From: Candidatus Latescibacterota bacterium
Lineage (GTDB): Bacteria; Latescibacterota; UBA2968; GCA-2709665
Reading direction: 5' to 3'
DNA length: 64,000 bases
Assembly (NCBI GenBank): GCA_965226795.1
Contig: CBDDDZ010000005.1
Span: forward strand, 896,001-960,000
A model generated the notes under the pieces. That model was not told the origin of the DNA, did no database searches, and was given only the letters and a program-made list of their open reading frames with translations. Positions 1 to 9,429 of this stretch are shown here, piece by piece. Numbering within the stretch: position 1 is the first letter of the stretch; each line of letters begins with the position of its first letter. Position numbers and translations under genes: made by a program.

Positions 1-1
1 G

Positions 2-94
2 ACAAAACTGAAGCTCGAACTCGTGCACGTGAAACCGGACGTCGTTCGACCGGATACCGTGCGTTTGCCAGGCGTGCCGGAGGTGGCCAAATAG
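2..94 (+). CDS. 3' end of an upstream ORF (partial, unidentified)
   Basis: Open frame TKLKLELVHVKPDVVRPDTVRLPGVPEVAK ending in TAG at 92-94, 3 nt before the next ATG. Confidence 0.4.
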   Translation, partial: TKLKLELVHVKPDVVRPDTVRLPGVPEVAK

Positions 95-97
95 AAT

Positions 98-1051
98 ATG
101 GTTCGCGTCCTGATATCGGTGTGGATCGGTGCCTGCGGCCTCGCGTTGTCATCCCCCGACACCGGCGCCGAAGTTGCTTTCGACGCGAGGGTAAATCGGG
201 ACACCCTCACGGTCGGCGATCCCGTTCTCCTCGGTCTGCGGATCAGGCGCGAAACGGGGGATGTCGCCGTACTTATGCAGAACGAGGGTTTTCTCGCGCC
301 GTTCGAGGTGCGCCGCCAGGTGCCGCCGGCGGTTCGGGAGATGTCCGACGGACGCGTGGAGGAGACCTTGGCATTCGAGCTTGCCGTGTACAGGGTGGGT
401 GTGATCGAAGTGCCCTCTCTGGTATTGCAGGTGCGCACGGCGGAGGGCGATTCCGGATTAATCACGTCCGAGCCGATACCGGTTCTGGTACGCAGCGTCA
501 AACCGGCGGAAATGACGGACATCCGGGATGTTAAGCCGCCGGTCGACATTGAGGCGAGAATACCGGGCTGGCTTTGGTTCGCAGTGGCCGTTCTGGCTGG
601 CGTCGTGGCCGGAACGCTTTGGTATTGGAATCGACGACGCAGGAAACCGGAGGTTGAGCCGCCGCCGCCCATCGTCTGGCCAGACGAAGTTGCGAAGATT
701 CTGCGGATGCGATTGGTGGAAAAAGGTGCGTTCAAGCGGTATTACAGTCTGCTTTCCGAGGTGATGCGCCGGTACCTGGAGGATCGGGTCCGGGTCGATG
801 CAATGGAGTGTACCACATCCGAACTGGTTCAGGACCTCAGACGTGTCTCGATCGGGGAAGCGGAGGTTGCGGCGCTGGAGGGCTTGTTGTCGGAGGCGGA
901 CCTGGTAAAATTCGCGAAGCTCAGGCCCCGTGATGAGGTTGCAACGAAGGCCGCGGAAACGGTTCTGGACCTGATGCGGCGGCTGGACGAACAGCGCCGC
1001 CAGAGTGAAGACGATGCTGTGAACGCGGCGCCGGCGGAAGCGACGGCATGA
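98..1051 (+). CDS. Bat-operon-associated exported/membrane protein (BatD-like N-terminal Ig fold, one TM)
   Basis: Signal peptide, RDTLTVGDPV start, DIRDVKPP motif, TM segment, ADLVKFAK C-terminal motif; overlaps batA start. Confidence 0.75.
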   Translation: MVRVLISVWIGACGLALSSPDTGAEVAFDARVNRDTLTVGDPVLLGLRIRRETGDVAVLMQNEGFLAPFEVRRQVPPAVREMSDGRVEETLAFELAVYRVGVIEVPSLVLQVRTAEGDSGLITSEPIPVLVRSVKPAEMTDIRDVKPPVDIEARIPGWLWFAVAVLAGVVAGTLWYWNRRRRKPEVEPPPPIVWPDEVAKILRMRLVEKGAFKRYYSLLSEVMRRYLEDRVRVDAMECTTSELVQDLRRVSIGEAEVAALEGLLSEADLVKFAKLRPRDEVATKAAETVLDLMRRLDEQRRQSEDDAVNAAPAEATA

Positions 1052-2034
1052 TTGAATTCAAGAATCCGGAATGGCTGTTTGCCCTGCTTTTTGTGCCGTT
1101 TCTGATTTATCGATATGTACGCCGGCAGAGGCAGCGGCAGGGCAGCATTCGTTTTCCGGATCTGGGTGTGATCGGGCGGATTCCGCCATCGATTGTGCTT
1201 AAGCTGCGCCACGGTCTGATTGCACTCCGCTGTCTGGCGTTGATATTGCTGATTGTTGCGCTGGCGCGCCCGCGTTCGGGGCGCGAAGGGAGGGAAATCC
1301 TTACCCGGGGAATCGATATTGTACTCGCCCTGGACGTATCGGGCAGCATGGCGCACAAGGACCTGGATCAGCAGCGAAAGTCCCGGCTGCAGATCAGCAA
1401 GGAGGTCGTGAGCCAGTTCGTGCGCGGGCGGGTCAACGACCGGCTGGGGCTCGTCGTCTTTGCAGGTGAAAGCTACACACAGTGTCCGCTCACCCTCGAT
1501 TACGGAATATTTCTGAGCTTTTTGAACGAGGTCCGGCTCGCGGAGGATTCCTGGGACGGCACAGCCATCGGAACCGGCATTGTCACGGCCGTAAACCGGT
1601 TGCGCCGTTCGGAGGCCAAAAGCCGTGTGATTATTCTATTGACGGACGGCGTGAATAACAGAGGGGAGGTGGATCCCGTTACGGCCGCGCGGGCGGCCCA
1701 CGCGGTGGGCATTCGAATCTACACCATCGGGGCGGGAAGCGACGGGGTGATCGTGATGGGCCAGGGCTTGCTCCGGCAGCGGGTTCGGGTCGAAATCGAC
1801 GAAGAGACATTGAAGGAAGTCGCCGACATCACGGGCGGCCGCTACTTTCGGGCGACCAGCGAGAAGAAACTGGAGGAGATTTATCGTGCCATCGGCGAGA
1901 TGGAAAAAACGGAAATCAAAACACGCGACTACGTGAATTATTCCGAATTGTTCACCCTTTTTCTCTGGCCGGCTCTTGTTTTGCTTGGCGTAGAACTGAT
2001 GCTGGCGAACACGCGGTTTCGAAGGATTCCTTAG
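1048..2034 (+). CDS. batA: BatA, von Willebrand factor A domain protein
   Basis: N-terminal F-x-NP-x-W-L, LARP motif, MIDAS DVSGS, GTAIG, LLTDG. Confidence 0.9.
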   Translation: MIEFKNPEWLFALLFVPFLIYRYVRRQRQRQGSIRFPDLGVIGRIPPSIVLKLRHGLIALRCLALILLIVALARPRSGREGREILTRGIDIVLALDVSGSMAHKDLDQQRKSRLQISKEVVSQFVRGRVNDRLGLVVFAGESYTQCPLTLDYGIFLSFLNEVRLAEDSWDGTAIGTGIVTAVNRLRRSEAKSRVIILLTDGVNNRGEVDPVTAARAAHAVGIRIYTIGAGSDGVIVMGQGLLRQRVRVEIDEETLKEVADITGGRYFRATSEKKLEEIYRAIGEMEKTEIKTRDYVNYSELFTLFLWPALVLLGVELMLANTRFRRIP

Positions 2035-2035
2035 G

Positions 2036-3058
2036 ATGCGTTTCGGGGACGTCCAGGCATTTTGGTTCCTGTTGTCCGTGCCGGCGGCCGTTTTGTTTTT
2101 CGTGATCGCTTTTCGAAAGAAAAGGCGGGCCCTCGCTCGTTTCGGGAGTCCGGAACTCATGCGGAAGCTGACGGCGGCCACAAGTTGGAAGAGACAGTGG
2201 GTGAAGGCGGCCCTGACGGCTGGCGGACTCTTCTTTCTGGTGATGGCGCTGGCGCAACCACGGTACGGGATGCGGCTTGAACTGTTGCACCGCAAGGGTG
2301 TCGACGTGATTGTCGCACTGGATACGTCGCTGAGCATGCTCGCCGAAGACATCCGGCCCAATCGACTGACGCGCGCGCTTTTTGAGATTGAATCATTTAT
2401 TGACCGGCTCGAAGGCGATAGAATCGGCCTTGTCGCGTTCGCGGGTCGGAGCTTTACACTTTGTCCGCTCACCCTGGACTATGGCGCCGCGAAGCTGTTT
2501 CTTGACTCGATCGACACCGATTTCATACCGGTTAAGGGCACGGCGATAGCCGAAGCCATTCGGGCGGCGACCCGGGCTTTCGGCAGCGAGGAACGCAAGT
2601 ACAAGGTTATGGTGCTGATTACGGATGGAGAGGACCACGCCGACGATCCGGTAAAGGCCGCGAACGAGGCGGCGGAAGCCGGGGTGCGGATATTCGCGGT
2701 GGGTGTCGGGACGCCTGAAGGAGAGTTGATCCCGGTAAAACAGAACGGCCGGACCGAATTCTTGAAAGACGGCCGGGGCAATTACGTGAAGTCGCGCCTG
2801 GACGAGGTTAGCCTGCAACAGGTTGCCGGTGTGACAGACGGAGTCTATATTCGGGCGCAGTCGGGCGGTGTGGGCATGGACCGGGTGTACGGCGAGATCT
2901 CGCAGATGGAGAAGAAGGAACTGGGATCGCGAAAGTACACGCAGTACAAACACCGGTTTCAGTGGCCGCTGGCTGTCGCGGTGGCCTGTTTTGTCTGCGA
3001 GGCAATGTTGTCGGATCGGCGAAGGGTGCGAACACAGTGGCGAGGGCGGTTTCAGTAG
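2036..3058 (+). CDS. batB: BatB, VWA domain protein
   Basis: MIDAS DTSLS, PNRL, PLTLDY, ITDGED; tandem with batA. Confidence 0.88.
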   Translation: MRFGDVQAFWFLLSVPAAVLFFVIAFRKKRRALARFGSPELMRKLTAATSWKRQWVKAALTAGGLFFLVMALAQPRYGMRLELLHRKGVDVIVALDTSLSMLAEDIRPNRLTRALFEIESFIDRLEGDRIGLVAFAGRSFTLCPLTLDYGAAKLFLDSIDTDFIPVKGTAIAEAIRAATRAFGSEERKYKVMVLITDGEDHADDPVKAANEAAEAGVRIFAVGVGTPEGELIPVKQNGRTEFLKDGRGNYVKSRLDEVSLQQVAGVTDGVYIRAQSGGVGMDRVYGEISQMEKKELGSRKYTQYKHRFQWPLAVAVACFVCEAMLSDRRRVRTQWRGRFQ

Positions 3059-3089
3059 CTTGAACTCGGATTCACCAGGAGTCTGCTCC

Positions 3090-3899
3090 ATGCACCGGTA
3101 TCTGATTGGCATCGTCGTCGTTCCGCTTCTGGGTTTCACAATTCTGGATCCGGCGGCGGACAAGAACCGGCAGGGCAACCGCAAGTTTCACGAAGGCAAG
3201 TTCGAGGAAGCGCTAGAGTTCTACCGGGAAGCTCAGGTAGAAAAACCTGACGCGCCGGAACTCAGATTCAATGCGGGCGACGCCTATTTCAAGAAGAATG
3301 CCTTCCAGGACGCACTGAGGGAGTTCGGGCACGCGTTGAAAAGCCAGGATCCCTCGTTTCTCGCGAGGGCGTATTACAATATGGGCAATGTCCACGTTCG
3401 CCAGCAGAAGCTGCAGCAGGCGGCAGAGGCCTACAAACGATCGCTGACGTTGCGGCCGGACGATCTGGATGCAAAGGTGAATCTGGAATGGGTTCTGGAG
3501 AAAATGCAGGAGGAGGAGAAGAAGCAGAACCGGTCACAGGAGCAACAGGAGAACGGCCAGGAGCAGGAGGAGAACAGGAACGAGCAGAACAAAGAGGAAC
3601 AGAATGACGAGGAGAATCGGGATCGGTCAGAGGACCCGCCGAATCAGGACGCAGACGGGAATCGCGATCAGAACCGGGAAAAACAGGAAGATGGGGAGCA
3701 GGAGCGGGGCGGGAAGCAGGACGATCCCGGAAGGCAACGGCAGAATCAGCAGCCAACGGAATCGGAGTCGCGGTCGGATGCGCTGAGTCGGGAAGAGGCC
3801 GAACGCCTGCTTGATGCGATGAAAGACAGGGAGTTGAAATCCCAAAAGTACCGCCGGCTGCGCGTTTACGGCAAACGATACAAGGGAAACGAGTGGTAG
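3090..3899 (+). CDS. batC: BatC, TPR protein with Q/E/N-rich linker
   Basis: Start re-called to ATG 3090 after AGGAG; TPR motifs (FNAGDAYFK, YYNMGN), low-complexity linker, EAERLLDAM and terminal W. Confidence 0.85.
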   Translation: MHRYLIGIVVVPLLGFTILDPAADKNRQGNRKFHEGKFEEALEFYREAQVEKPDAPELRFNAGDAYFKKNAFQDALREFGHALKSQDPSFLARAYYNMGNVHVRQQKLQQAAEAYKRSLTLRPDDLDAKVNLEWVLEKMQEEEKKQNRSQEQQENGQEQEENRNEQNKEEQNDEENRDRSEDPPNQDADGNRDQNREKQEDGEQERGGKQDDPGRQRQNQQPTESESRSDALSREEAERLLDAMKDRELKSQKYRRLRVYGKRYKGNEW

Positions 3900-3901
3900 G
3901 A

Positions 3902-5725
3902 ATGGCACGAAAGCCCCTCCGTGTTGTTATCTTGGTCCTTCTGGTTTCGTGCGGTTCGGCGCTTGCCGAAACTCCGCGCCTTCAGGTGTCTGTCGACCGG
4001 ACACGCGTGGAGGTGGGCGGGCAGGTCACGCTTACGGTAACGTTGACGGCCGGCGGCGACGTTACCGACCCGGAACTGCCGATACCGGACGGATTCGACG
4101 TTACGGGGCGTTCGTCCTATACATCCCAGGGACTGAATATCACGAACGGCCAAGTGGTAACGACGCGAAAAAACTCGTACGTATATACCCTGCGGGGAAG
4201 GCACGAGGGCAGTTTCTTCATTGGCCCGGCGCACGTGGTGTATCGGGGCAGGCGGCACGAGTCCTCGACGGTTCGGGTGAATGTCGTAAAAAGCAACGGG
4301 CGGCCGCGCACACGCCCCGCGCCGGCGCCGAGACAGTCCCTTGGCAGTCGGGATGTGGAGGAATTGGAGGAGGACCTGTTCGTTGCCACAACGGTGGATA
4401 AGAACAGAGTGTATGTGGGAGAGCAGGTAACCGTTACCTACAAGCTTTACACACGGAGGACGCTGCGCAATATCAGCTATGGCCGCCTGCCTGCCTATAC
4501 CGGTTTCTGGTCGGAGACTCTGTTCGACGCTCAGCGCGCCAGTTTTGTTCGCGAGGTTTACGATGGGCGCGAGTTCGACGTGATGCGTTTGAAAACGATG
4601 GCGTTGTTTCCCACCGCGTCCGGAAAACAGGCGCTGGGCGAGCTTGAAGTCGTCTGCCAGGTTCAGGAACGCGCGAGGAGCAGGAACCTTTTCGACATGG
4701 ACGGCTTTTTCGGTTCCGGTAACAACCGGGAAGTGCGCGCGGGTTCTGAAATCGTGGAGATTGAAGTCTTGCCGCTGCCCACGGGCGCTCCGGCCGAGTT
4801 CAGCGGCGCGGTGGGAAGGTTCGACATATCGGTTGCGGCGTCGCCGGTTTCGGTCGCGGAAGGAGATCCAGTCGCGGTAAAGGTGAGGGTGCGTGGAACG
4901 GGCAATCTGAATGCCGTGGGCGAGCCCGTTCGTCCGAAGGGGAACGCGTTAAAGTTCTACGACCCGAAGTCAACTGTAAACGTCGGCAACAAGAATGGTC
5001 GCATCGGCGGCGAAAAGACGTTCGAATATGTCGCGATTCCCAACCGGCCCGGCAACGGACGCATCGGTCCGTTTTTGCTGGCCTATTTCGACCCTGAAGA
5101 ACAGCGTTATCATACCGTGCGTTCACAGGTGGTTTCGGTGAGCGTGACACCGGGCAGGCAGCCCGCAGGTTCCGGACCCCTATTGAGCCGGAAAGAGATT
5201 GAACTGCTCGGGCAGGATATTCGTCATCTGAAGCCGGATCTCGATTCTCTGGAAGATCACGGCAGGCTGTTATACAGGAACAAATGGTTCTGGGCAATTC
5301 AGTTTGTGCCCTTTCTCGGTTTTCTCGGTATCGTTGCGTATAAACGCCACCGGGACCGGCTGATGGGCGACGTGGCCTATGCCCGGCGGCGGCGTTCGGG
5401 TTCCGAGGCCCGGAGGCGCCTGATACAGGCTCGAAAGCGGCTGGATGATAAAGACGGACTGGCGTTTTATGTCGAAATCGACAGGGCGTTGGCCCAATTC
5501 CTGGCGGATCGACTGAATCTGCCGGTCGCGAGCATGACCCGGGAGTCCGCCGCGCAGGCGCTTTGCGAGAAGGATGTACCGGATTCAATCGTGTCTGAAG
5601 TGAAGGATGTCTTTTTGCGCTGCGATTATGCACGATTTGCCTCGGTCCGGATGCCGGAGAAGGAGCGGGAGGAATTCTATGGCGCTGCGGCTGCGTTGAT
5701 CGATGCCCTGGGAGCCAGGATATGA
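3902..5725 (+). CDS. batD: BatD family protein
   Basis: Signal peptide, VYVGEQV, FSGAVGRF, GTGNL, YFDP motifs; operon position. Confidence 0.88.
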   Translation: MARKPLRVVILVLLVSCGSALAETPRLQVSVDRTRVEVGGQVTLTVTLTAGGDVTDPELPIPDGFDVTGRSSYTSQGLNITNGQVVTTRKNSYVYTLRGRHEGSFFIGPAHVVYRGRRHESSTVRVNVVKSNGRPRTRPAPAPRQSLGSRDVEELEEDLFVATTVDKNRVYVGEQVTVTYKLYTRRTLRNISYGRLPAYTGFWSETLFDAQRASFVREVYDGREFDVMRLKTMALFPTASGKQALGELEVVCQVQERARSRNLFDMDGFFGSGNNREVRAGSEIVEIEVLPLPTGAPAEFSGAVGRFDISVAASPVSVAEGDPVAVKVRVRGTGNLNAVGEPVRPKGNALKFYDPKSTVNVGNKNGRIGGEKTFEYVAIPNRPGNGRIGPFLLAYFDPEEQRYHTVRSQVVSVSVTPGRQPAGSGPLLSRKEIELLGQDIRHLKPDLDSLEDHGRLLYRNKWFWAIQFVPFLGFLGIVAYKRHRDRLMGDVAYARRRRSGSEARRRLIQARKRLDDKDGLAFYVEIDRALAQFLADRLNLPVASMTRESAAQALCEKDVPDSIVSEVKDVFLRCDYARFASVRMPEKEREEFYGAAAALIDALGARI

Positions 5726-6549
5726 CGGGCGGGCACGGCCGGACCGACCGGCGCCGGAGGCCCCGCCGGGCTTTGGATACCGGCCTCCCGTCGGCGGGCA
5801 CGTTCTTGCACACGGTGCTGATAATTCTGCTGGTTGCCGGGAACGCCCGGGGCGACGGGACGGGTGCGAGGATGTATAATGATGCGAACGCCCTTTATCG
5901 GCAGGGTGAATTCAAAACGGCGGCGGGTCGATACGAAGAAGTGGTGTCTCAGGGCGTGCGGAATGGCTATGTTTATTTCAATCTGGGCAATGCCTATTTC
6001 AAGACGCGAGAAATCGGACAAGCCATTCTCGCCTATGAGCGGGCTCTCAGGTTGATGCCGGGAGACGAGGATGTACTTGCGAATATGAGGTTTGTGAACG
6101 CCCTCAAAGAGGATAAGAATCCGGACGAAGACGTCAATCTTCCAACCCGCGTTCTATCGTCCGGTTACCGACTGCTAAGCGCGGACGTGCTGTCCGTTTT
6201 GTTGACCGTCTGTTTGTTTATGATGTCAGCGGCCGCCGTGTTCTGGCTTTATTCGTCCTCCCGTCGTTCGTTATGGATCGGGCTGCTGGTGCTGACGGGC
6301 CTCGGGTTGTGCGGTTCGGGCGCGCTTCTGACGTACAGGGTTCATGCCGAGGCGTCCGCTTCGGACGCGATCGTTATGGCGGAGGAGGTGCAGGGCCGAA
6401 GCGGCCCGGGGGACGATTATCTGCTGGTTTTCAAGATCCACGAAGGTACGAAGGTGGCTATTGAACGCGTCGAAGACCGCTGGTGTCTGGTGCGATTGCC
6501 AGACGGCATTGGCGGATGGGTGCCGGGGGATGCGGTCGAGAAAATCTGA
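5722..6549 (+). CDS. batE: BatE, TPR + SH3b protein
   Basis: [23 protein letters not shown], two TMs, C-terminal HEGTKV...GWVP SH3-like domain. Confidence 0.85.
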   Translation: MTGGHGRTDRRRRPRRALDTGLPSAGTFLHTVLIILLVAGNARGDGTGARMYNDANALYRQGEFKTAAGRYEEVVSQGVRNGYVYFNLGNAYFKTREIGQAILAYERALRLMPGDEDVLANMRFVNALKEDKNPDEDVNLPTRVLSSGYRLLSADVLSVLLTVCLFMMSAAAVFWLYSSSRRSLWIGLLVLTGLGLCGSGALLTYRVHAEASASDAIVMAEEVQGRSGPGDDYLLVFKIHEGTKVAIERVEDRWCLVRLPDGIGGWVPGDAVEKI

Positions 6550-6662
6550 ACTGCGCAACACGGTTTTTCGGATGGGAGCGGTACGCTCGATTCAGGCCTG
6601 CGCGAACCGAAACAACCGGTTTTCCGAAAAATGCTGGTTTCGTCTTTATATCAAGGATCGGC

Positions 6663-8009
6663 ATGATGTCGTATAGAGCATGGTTTCAGTGTTTTAGGGG
6701 ATGCGGGGGGCGCTATCGACTGACGCAGATCATTTACGCGTGTCCGAAGTGCGGCGGCCTGCTGGAGGTGCGCCACGATCTGGATGCATTGCGCTCCAGG
6801 TCGCCGCAGTACTGGCGTGAGTTGTTCGATCGACGGTATATGCGCACGGTGTGGCCCTACGGCAGTTCGGTGTGGGGAAAGAAGGAAATGGTCTGCCCCG
6901 TTGTGGACGACGACAACGTGGTATCGATGTATGAAGGGGGCAGCAATCTGTTCTGGGCGGAGCGACTCGGGCGTGAAATCGGGGTGGAGAACCTGTGGGT
7001 CAAGCAATGTGGGAACAGCCATACCGGTTCGTTCAAGGATCTGGGCATGACCGTCCTGGTGTCAATGGTGAAACAAATGGTTGCGGAGGGTCAGCGGATC
7101 CCCGCAGCGGCTTGCGCCTCCACCGGAGATACTTCAGCGGCTCTGGCCGCATATTGCGCGCACGCGGGCATACAGGCGGTTGTGTTCCTGCCCCGGGATA
7201 AGGTCTCCACGGCCCAACTCGTCCAGCCGATGGCAAACGGGGCGCTGGTGTTGAGTCTGGACACGGATTTCGACGGGTGTATGAAGCTGGTTCAGGAAAT
7301 ATGCCAAAGGGAAAATATCTACCTGGCCAATTCGATGAATTCGCTTCGCGTGGAGGGTCAGAAAACCGTCAGCGTGGAGTTGCTCCAGCAGTTCGATTGG
7401 GACGTGCCGCAGTGGATAGTCGTTCCAGGGGGCAATCTGGGAAATGTCAGCGCACTGGGCAAGGGCTTTGGCGAGTTGAAGGAGATGGGTCTGATCGACC
7501 GGGTGCCCCGAATCGCCGTTGCACAGAGTTACCGCGCGAATCCGCTTTACCGGAGCTACTGCAACGGGTTCGATACCTTTGAGCCGCTCAAGGCACAAAC
7601 GACCCTGGCCAGCGCCATCCAGATCGGAGATCCGGTCAGTGCGGAAAAAGCGATCCAGACCCTGAAGAACATCGGCGGCGTGGTGGAGCAGGCCACGGAT
7701 CAGGAACTGGCCGATGCGGCGGCGCGGGCGGATCGAACGGGGTTGTTTTCATGCCCGCATACGGGTGTGGCCTTTGCTGCGCTTATCAAGCTGGTCGACC
7801 GCGGCGTCATTCGGAAAGATGAACGGGTTGTGGTGATTTCCACCGCTCACGGGCTGAAGTTCGCCGAGTTCAAGATCAGGTACCACCTGGAGGAACTTGG
7901 GGCGTTCGGCGTGGACCCGAACCATGCGAATCTGCCCGTGGAATTGCCGGCCGAATACGGACCGGTTCGGGATCAGATCTTTCGGACGCTTGATTTGAAC
8001 GATGGTTGA
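6663..8009 (+). CDS. thrC: Threonine synthase, plant-like subtype
   Basis: PLP lysine motif [34 protein letters not shown]; start re-called to ATG 6663 after AAGGA. Confidence 0.93.
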   Translation: MMSYRAWFQCFRGCGGRYRLTQIIYACPKCGGLLEVRHDLDALRSRSPQYWRELFDRRYMRTVWPYGSSVWGKKEMVCPVVDDDNVVSMYEGGSNLFWAERLGREIGVENLWVKQCGNSHTGSFKDLGMTVLVSMVKQMVAEGQRIPAAACASTGDTSAALAAYCAHAGIQAVVFLPRDKVSTAQLVQPMANGALVLSLDTDFDGCMKLVQEICQRENIYLANSMNSLRVEGQKTVSVELLQQFDWDVPQWIVVPGGNLGNVSALGKGFGELKEMGLIDRVPRIAVAQSYRANPLYRSYCNGFDTFEPLKAQTTLASAIQIGDPVSAEKAIQTLKNIGGVVEQATDQELADAAARADRTGLFSCPHTGVAFAALIKLVDRGVIRKDERVVVISTAHGLKFAEFKIRYHLEELGAFGVDPNHANLPVELPAEYGPVRDQIFRTLDLNDG

Positions 8010-8034
8010 CAGCGATGGGACAATTGGTTACATT
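8006..8034 (+). promoter_or_regulatory. sigma70-type promoter for the riboswitch/CGS transcript
   Basis: TTGACA (8006-8011), 17 nt spacer, TACATT (8029-8034). Confidence 0.7.
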
Positions 8035-8052
8035 CAATGACCAAAATCAGCG

Positions 8053-8103
8053 TAGTGGTGATTTGAGGCATATTGCAGCCACTATAAAGAAATCGCTAAA
8101 AAG
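8053..8103 (+). ncRNA. SAM-II (SAM_alpha-like) riboswitch aptamer
   Basis: AGTGGTGATTTG...TTGCAGCCACT.TAAAGAAATCGCTAAAAAG follows the recalled SAM-II consensus (GUGGUGAUUU, UUGCAGCCAC, AAA, UCGCUAAA); TAGTGG/CCACTA stem; lies upstream of a methionine biosynthesis gene. Confidence 0.88.
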
Positions 8104-8143
8104 CTGACCACCAATACGACTGTCGGTTGCGTATTCAGGTTCT

Positions 8144-8172
8144 CTGGGGCTTTTTGGCTTCAGTTTTTTTTT
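8144..8172 (+). terminator. Intrinsic terminator (riboswitch expression platform)
   Basis: CTGGGGC/GCTTCAG stem (8144-8163) followed by a run of 9 T. Confidence 0.75.
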
Positions 8173-8191
8173 GTGGACACCGGAGGATACG

Positions 8192-9385
8192 ATGGAAAAG
8201 AAGCCATCACTGAATGGCGCTTGCAGTTCTACCCGTGCGGTTCACGCCGGGGAAGAGAGGGGGCATTGGGGCCATTCCCTCACGGTGCCGATCGCGCAGA
8301 CGTCGACCTATGTATTCGAAAACACAGCGGCGGTGGACGACTTCGTATCCGGGCGCTCAACCCGACTTGACTACGGTCGTTACGGAAACCCGACGCAGCA
8401 GATTGCGGAACGAAAACTGGCCGAAATCGAGGGAGCGGAATCGGCGCTGTTGTTTTCCTCCGGCATGAGCGCGTTGACCACCACGCTTCTGGGCATGTTG
8501 TCAACGGGTCACCACGCCGTGATTACCGACGACTGTTACCGGAAGACCGCACAGTTCTGCGAACAGTTGCTGAAAAAGTTCGGTATCGCCACGACCTTCG
8601 TTCCGGCTGGCGACTATGCACGGCTCGAGTCGGCCATGCAGGAGAATACGAGGGTGGTGATTGCGGAGTCTCCAACCAACCCGCACCTGAACGTGATGGA
8701 CCTGGAAGAGGTTGTCGCCATCGCAAAAGCGAACCGGACGAAGGTCGTGATTGACAGTACGTTTGCCACGCCGTTCAACCAGCGTCCTCTGGAATTTGGA
8801 GTGGACTTGGTCATTCACAGCGCAACCAAGTATCTGGGGGGGCATAACGACCTTATCGCCGGTGCTGTTCTTGGCCCCGAGCCGCTGGTATCGGCAATAA
8901 AGGACTATCGCGGTATCCTGGGCGGGGTGATCGACCCACACTGCGCGTATCTGCTGATCAGAGGCATCAAGACATTCCCGTTGAGAATGGCGCGTCAGAA
9001 CGAGACGGCGCTGGCGCTTGCACGGTTCCTTGAGGACAGCCGCAAGGTGCGACAGGTATACTATCCTGGACTGGAGAGCCACCCGCACCATCGGGTTGCC
9101 CGGGAGCAAATGAAAGGGTACGGCGGCGTGGTGAGTTTCGATCTCAATGCGGATTTAGCCGGAACCATGGCGTTCCTCGATCGCCTGGAGATTCCGTATA
9201 TCGGCGCGAGCCTGGGTGGGGTGGAGAGCATCGTCTCTCATCCGTCTACCATTTCCTACTACGAAATGGCGCGGGAAGACCGGGTCGCCATAGGGATCAG
9301 TGACGAATTGGTACGTTATTCTGTCGGAGTTGAGGACGCGGAAGACCTGATTGACGACGTGGAACGGGCGCTGGAGGCTGTTTAA
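8192..9385 (+). CDS. metB: Cystathionine gamma-synthase (Cys/Met metabolism PLP family), plant-like
   Basis: YGRYGNPT, SGMSA, ESPTNP, HSATKYLGGHND, SLGGVES; GGAGG SD before ATG 8192. Confidence 0.85.
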   Translation: MEKKPSLNGACSSTRAVHAGEERGHWGHSLTVPIAQTSTYVFENTAAVDDFVSGRSTRLDYGRYGNPTQQIAERKLAEIEGAESALLFSSGMSALTTTLLGMLSTGHHAVITDDCYRKTAQFCEQLLKKFGIATTFVPAGDYARLESAMQENTRVVIAESPTNPHLNVMDLEEVVAIAKANRTKVVIDSTFATPFNQRPLEFGVDLVIHSATKYLGGHNDLIAGAVLGPEPLVSAIKDYRGILGGVIDPHCAYLLIRGIKTFPLRMARQNETALALARFLEDSRKVRQVYYPGLESHPHHRVAREQMKGYGGVVSFDLNADLAGTMAFLDRLEIPYIGASLGGVESIVSHPSTISYYEMAREDRVAIGISDELVRYSVGVEDAEDLIDDVERALEAV

Positions 9386-9429
9386 CGGAAAAGGGGAGCG
9401 AGGCCGCGGGTCGCGGCTCTTCGAAATGT

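Noticed and set aside
3500..3780. CAG/GAG/AAC-rich repeat-like stretch
   Set aside because: Ordinary Q/E/N-rich BatC linker, not a DNA repeat array.
8037..8066. Possible leader peptide MTKISVVVI upstream of the CGS gene
   Set aside because: The ATG lies only 2 nt after the -10 box (before the likely TSS), has no SD and no Met/Cys codon run; the region is explained by the SAM-II aptamer.
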